Source: Hypanus sabinus
Lineage: Eukaryota
DNA: 64,000 bases
Direction of reading: 5' to 3'
NCBI RefSeq assembly: GCF_030144855.1
Contig: NC_082722.1
Coordinates: 12,152,001-12,216,000 of the forward strand
Numbering within the stretch: the stretch's first letter is position 1; every line of letters starts with the position of its first letter. Under the pieces are notes generated by a model. It did no database searches. It saw only the letters and a program-made list of their open reading frames with translations, and was not told the DNA's origin. The position numbers and the translations under genes were made by a program. Of this stretch, positions 59,524-64,000 are shown in pieces.

Positions 59524-60720
59524 TTTTTTCTAAGGGGCAGTTAGGGGGGAGGGGTTAAGGGGAGGGGGTATGGGTTATATACATTGTTTTTTCATACTTT
59601 GTAATCATTTAAAAATGCAATAAAAAATTATTAAAAAAAAAAAAATAATAATCCAAAAGTGATCTAACATTTTGGAATGCTGTCATATGACCTGCAAACT
59701 TTTATATTCAATGCCATGACCTATGAAGACAAATAAGTATTGCACCTACTTTACTATAATATCCTTTTGTGTTACTCCTTCCAGGAAGCTCCAAACTTCA
59801 CCCCAGCATGCTTTTATGTAGCAATATACTCCAAGGATTGTAGCATCTTTTTATATATTCTTTGTGTATTTGATTTCCCAAGATGCAGCAGCTCACAGTT
59901 GTCCGGATTAAATTCCATTTTCACTTTCTCCACCTAAATATCCATTTGGTCTAGTTGTCGCAGTGTACTTTGACAACATTCTTCAATGTCCATTTCTCCG
60001 CAATTTCTCTGTCATCCTCATATTTACTACTCAGATCATCCACGCTTGCATCTAAATAACGTCGGTGAATCCCAAAAACATATCTTTGCAGAGTTCCACC
60101 GGTCACAGACTTACAGTAAACAAAATTCTCTTCTACACAACTTTCTGTTGTTTATGACCACGGCAACTTTTTATTCAACATAACAACTCACGGTATATTC
60201 CAGGTGACTTAATATTTGATACCTGGTTACCGTAAGGGATATTGTCAAGTGTTGTACTCATTCTATGTAGATAATGTTCACTGTCCAATGTTGACTGACC
60301 TTCTTATTCACTTTTCAAAAATCTAAGAGATAGGACCATCCCCGCAGAAATCCATGCTCTCTGGAAAAACAAACTATGTTTATTTTTTGTCTCCATGAAT
60401 CTTCTCAAATGATCTCCATACCTACGATATGTGTAAGATTTCTTGAATTACCCCGGTTGTCCTTCTTAAACAGAGAAACATCACTAGTTTTCTCAAGTAT
60501 TCTGAAATCTTACCCTAGCTAATGATTATATTAGCATTGCTCTCAAAACTACAGCAATATTTTACCTTGCCTCGCTCAATGTAATGGGTATTAAAGACTT
60601 CAATACTTTTCCGCCTTCTTCTGTGTAACTGCAACATGACATAGAATATCAACGTACCTCTCCCTGATCTCAATATGCCTATCTACTTGTACACTCAGTA
60701 GTGCAGATCTCCTTAATTTA
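58900..60720 (-). mobile_element. Old degenerate CR1 fragment containing the inverted L1 insertion
   Basis: Minus-strand CR1 3'-region similarity on both sides of 59284-59644. Confidence 0.6.
59284..59644 (+). mobile_element. Short L1 insertion with 5' inversion, poly(A) and 16-bp TSD
   Basis: TSD ATAATAATCCAAAAGT at 59268-59283 and 59645-59660; 59284-59488 reads on the minus strand as the ORF2 C-terminus (CIPLEKITYNLRDKYETFLKIWSPYL); 59489-59644 is forward 3' UTR, AATAAA and A-tail. Confidence 0.85.
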
Positions 60721-61484
60721 GGAAACACGAGGGTCAAGAATTGTACTGTCTGCAAAATTGGTTGTAATTTAAGTGTTCAGAAAAAGAACATCAGGCTTCA
60801 CGTTTTGGTGCAGCAATCTGAGATTATCTGAAGGACTGTTCCTTCCATTAGGTTTGAATAATCTAGAAACTGGCATTTCTGTTCAATCTACATTTGATGC
60901 CAAATGACATGAATGTTTTACATTCAGCCCAGTACCAATGACAGCTTTAGGAATCAATCACTCTTTTGTGCAAATCACATTTCCTATTCTGTTCTCAGAA
61001 TGAGGGTGACATCTTTTTTTGTTGTATCAGTTGTTCCTTCACAACTGCAAAGCAGCAGGTGGGTCTTCTTCAACTCATTTGATATTGACCTAAAAGTGTC
61101 TTGGAGGCAATACATCTGAGATAATGGAGATGCATGAAAAATCTGGTTATTGTACTACTTGGAGCAGGAGGGAGGGGCTATTGGTGTTCCACTCTGTTAG
61201 TTCTCTTGTGATTATTTATGAATTTAAACCATTCAGATACTTTGTTCAATGAGTAATTATTTTCATTCCTGCAATTTATTTACTATGAATAAGAATATTG
61301 TTTTGAACATAATCGTCAGCAGTATAAACATGCTGTTTTCCTGAAAAACGTGATGAACCTGACGTGAATAACGTCATTCCAATAAGTAAGTAAAAATAGC
61401 TAATGAGTGCCATATTATAGGTTGGTTCCATATCACTCTTGATTTAATGTCCTTGGAAAGCAGTACGATCAGTGATCACAAGAA

Positions 61485-61610
61485 AGAGAAAATCTACAGA
61501 TGCTGGAAATCCAAGCAACACACACAAAATGTTGGAGGAACTCAGCCGGCCAGATAGCATCTATGGTAAAGAATATAGTCGTCGTTTCGGGTCGAAACCC
61601 TTCAGCAGGG
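61485..61610 (-). mobile_element. Penelope-associated terminal fragment with a degenerate hammerhead-like core
   Basis: Similar to 54533-54640; minus strand CTGCTGA-AGGGT-TTCG-ACCC-GAAAC. Confidence 0.55.
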
Positions 61611-61634
61611 TTTAAATCCGCTGCTGACTTTAAG

Positions 61635-61865
61635 GAGTTTGAACGTTCTCCCCATTACCAGGTTGGTTTCCCCCGAGTACTTCTGTTTTCTTCACAACCC
61701 AAAGAGGTACTGTTAGGGTTAGTAGGTTGTGGACATGCCATATTGGCACCGGAAGCTTGGCGACATTTGCCTAGTATAATCTTCGTTGAATTGATTTGAC
61801 GTAAACAACACAAATCACTGTATGTTTTGACATACACATGACAAATAAAGCTAATCTTCAATCAT
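61635..61865 (+). mobile_element. V-SINE-like fragment
   Basis: Degenerate V-domain GTTCTCCCC..GGTTTCCCCCGAGTACTTCTGTTTTCTTCACA..CCAAAGA; tail AATAAAGCTAATCTT. Confidence 0.55.
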
Positions 61866-62553
61866 CAGATTAACCATACGTAATTTACAAATCCATTTTC
61901 CGTCAAATGCTATTTCACTGTCAATTTTTACTCTTGAGGGATCTAACGACCAGGACTCACTTGCAGATGATCAGGTATTTGATTTTTTTTTCTTCCGTAA
62001 TTCCCATTCTATAAATGTTTTCAGCTCCATCATATGATTTATAGTTCTGTTCCAACGTTTGGCCTTTTTCCCTCTAAAGCTATTAGAATGTTATCCAATG
62101 ATCTGCAGGATGGTTTAAGTTTAAGAAGCCGAAATCGTCTTTTTCTTAAACAAACTGATTGTTTTCTACCACTAATCGTTGTTTCTTCCTATTTCTGAAC
62201 TCTGCCGCATTCTTACTTATGAAATAAAGTAATTCATCTAATTAAAATAGGGATATATGAGTTTTGGATATCAATACCTTTCTGTCATTAATTCAAAGGC
62301 CGGTGATATCTACCTCGGTTTGACTGATGCCATCAAGTATCCTATCCTAATGCCTGTGTGGATCAAAATTTACTAACGTAAGGAAATGGCTATAGTTAAC
62401 TTGATATAACGTTCGGAACTGGGATGAGGCTGCACTTCTCACATCTATATTCCATTCTGTAAGCTCATTGGATGGCACAAATGACGGACAGGTAATGGCG
62501 TATGTCCTTGCCTCGCAGTTCGCATCACTGACGTTGCCCAGTGATTACATTTC

Positions 62554-62617
62554 ATGTTTGTTGCCTTCAAGATAGCTGTATCGATCATTGAAATGTATTT
62601 CTTCGCAGCGCTCGGTG
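62554..62617 (+). CDS. Gene C candidate leader exon (MFVAFKIAVSIIEMYFFAALG)
   Basis: Hydrophobic 21 codons, phase-1 donor G|GTAACC, 132-nt intron to the V exon; competing candidate at 61000-61058. Confidence 0.5.
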
Positions 62618-62749
62618 GTAACCAACTCGTGGGGATTATTTTCACCACAGTTTCCCTCAGTTCGTTTAATATTTCATTCTGTATCTCTATTTCTCATTCT
62701 AAATCTTACTTTGTGTTTTGTAATAATAATTCATGTTCGTTTTCAATAG

Positions 62750-63061
62750 TTACTGCGGACGAAGTATTTCAAGTAATCCAAACCCCTCAACGTACCAGCT
62801 TAACCGTTGGTGAAAATGCCATTTTCAGCTGCACAATTTCCAGCTCTGAAGACACATCAAATGTCAACATTTACTGGTGGAAACTTGGCGAAGTAAATCT
62901 CATTCAACCAGATAGCAGGAAACATATTGACAGTGGGGAAGAAAAGGGCTCACTCCAGCTCCTGAATATCAGTATCGCCGACTCTGGAGTCTACCACTGC
63001 GGAATCAAATTCAGAGGAGTAGATGTGGCAAATGGGAGTGGATCACAGCTTATTGTCAGTG
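62750..63061 (+). CDS. Gene C VJ-type Ig V exon (third, divergent family member; downstream exons not seen in the window)
   Basis: Acceptor TTTTCAATAG, donor G|GTAAGA, phase 1-1; IFSC..YWWKLGE..LLNISIADSGVYHC..NGSGSQLIV. Confidence 0.9.
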
Positions 63062-64000
63062 GTAAGATTCAGATAAAGCTCAGATCATTTGCGATCTCAG
63101 TTGCTTGATTACTCAGTTGCATGAGACAATCCAAATGCTGTAATATTTATATCAGGAAACAAAGTCCTCTTTTCCATAAATTGATATCAAAAACACTTAG
63201 AGATTGAATTCCTTGGTTATTAACATGTTTGAGTGTTTTTATGTTTAACTTTTTTTTTCTCGTAAGCATACAGAAGAGTGCTTTACATGACAGATTAGGG
63301 GAAATGCAATTCCTGCAATTCCTTAGCCTTTTTCTATTACTTATTAATGCCGATTATTAAGTTGTTTCGATATTCAAAATGTTGAAGGAATATGTGCCCA
63401 AGCATTTCTCCAAAATGATTTTCCATGAAGAGTATGCCAAATCTCGATGCGATTTGCAGAAACATAATGCGTTTCGTTGGTGTTTGTGCTTGGCAACACT
63501 TAGCAGCTATTGAAAGGTACACATTTCTGTGAATTTGGAAACAGCAGAGGCAACATAGATTCAGCAAGGCGTATACGGGGCTATGAGATGATCTTCAAAG
63601 CTCGAATGTTGCTATTTGACTCAGAATTACAGTATTGCCTATGGCACCATGGCAAATGCCATGTTTTTGTTTATTTCAAATGCACTAAAGGAGGCAGGCG
63701 TAGAATATTACATAGGCATCTCCTGACTTCGACGCCACCCGAGAATTTGCAACAATTCTTGAGTATGCACTAAAGATTTACTCTTGCATATGTTCAAACC
63801 GCTAAATCTGGCTGAGAGCTCAACACTTGGGAAAGAAGAGTGCTGCATCTGTGCTTTGGCCAAAGCACTCCTGGCTCATACTGACAGATCTGTGTCTGAT
63901 GCTAGCTGCCCTTCTAGTCACCAATACACAGCTTAGGTTAACCCCAGATGGCAATCCGACTTATGGAGATCTCATCTGATTTGCTCCAATATGAGTATCA

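Overview
AT-rich, transposon-dense vertebrate DNA. The repeat families (CR1, Penelope-like, V-SINE, fish-type L1, Rex1/Babar, Tc1, hAT-Charlie, Gypsy) suggest a cartilaginous fish, probably a ray; this is inferred from repeat content only. The host content is a tandem cluster of plus-strand, non-rearranging Ig-superfamily receptor genes with leader / germline-joined VJ-type V / C1 / TM / cytoplasmic exons (SIRP-like or NKp30-like architecture). Gene A (10762-15389, 270 aa) has a TM arginine and a short tail ended by a 5-nt frameshift, and its ITIM exons are absent, replaced by a truncated Gypsy element. Gene B (34484-43172, 355 aa) has an uncharged TM and four tyrosine motifs (LTYATV, ASYAQV, LTYATV, TEYAKL). 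A and B are about 97-98% identical over a ~1.5 kb promoter-to-C1 block, about 90% upstream and about 79% in the TM exon (hand counts). This pattern fits an activating/inhibitory receptor pair whose ectodomains are homogenised by gene conversion. A third, divergent paralogue (gene C) begins near 62.5 kb and runs out of the window. One 150-N assembly gap lies at 25003-25152.
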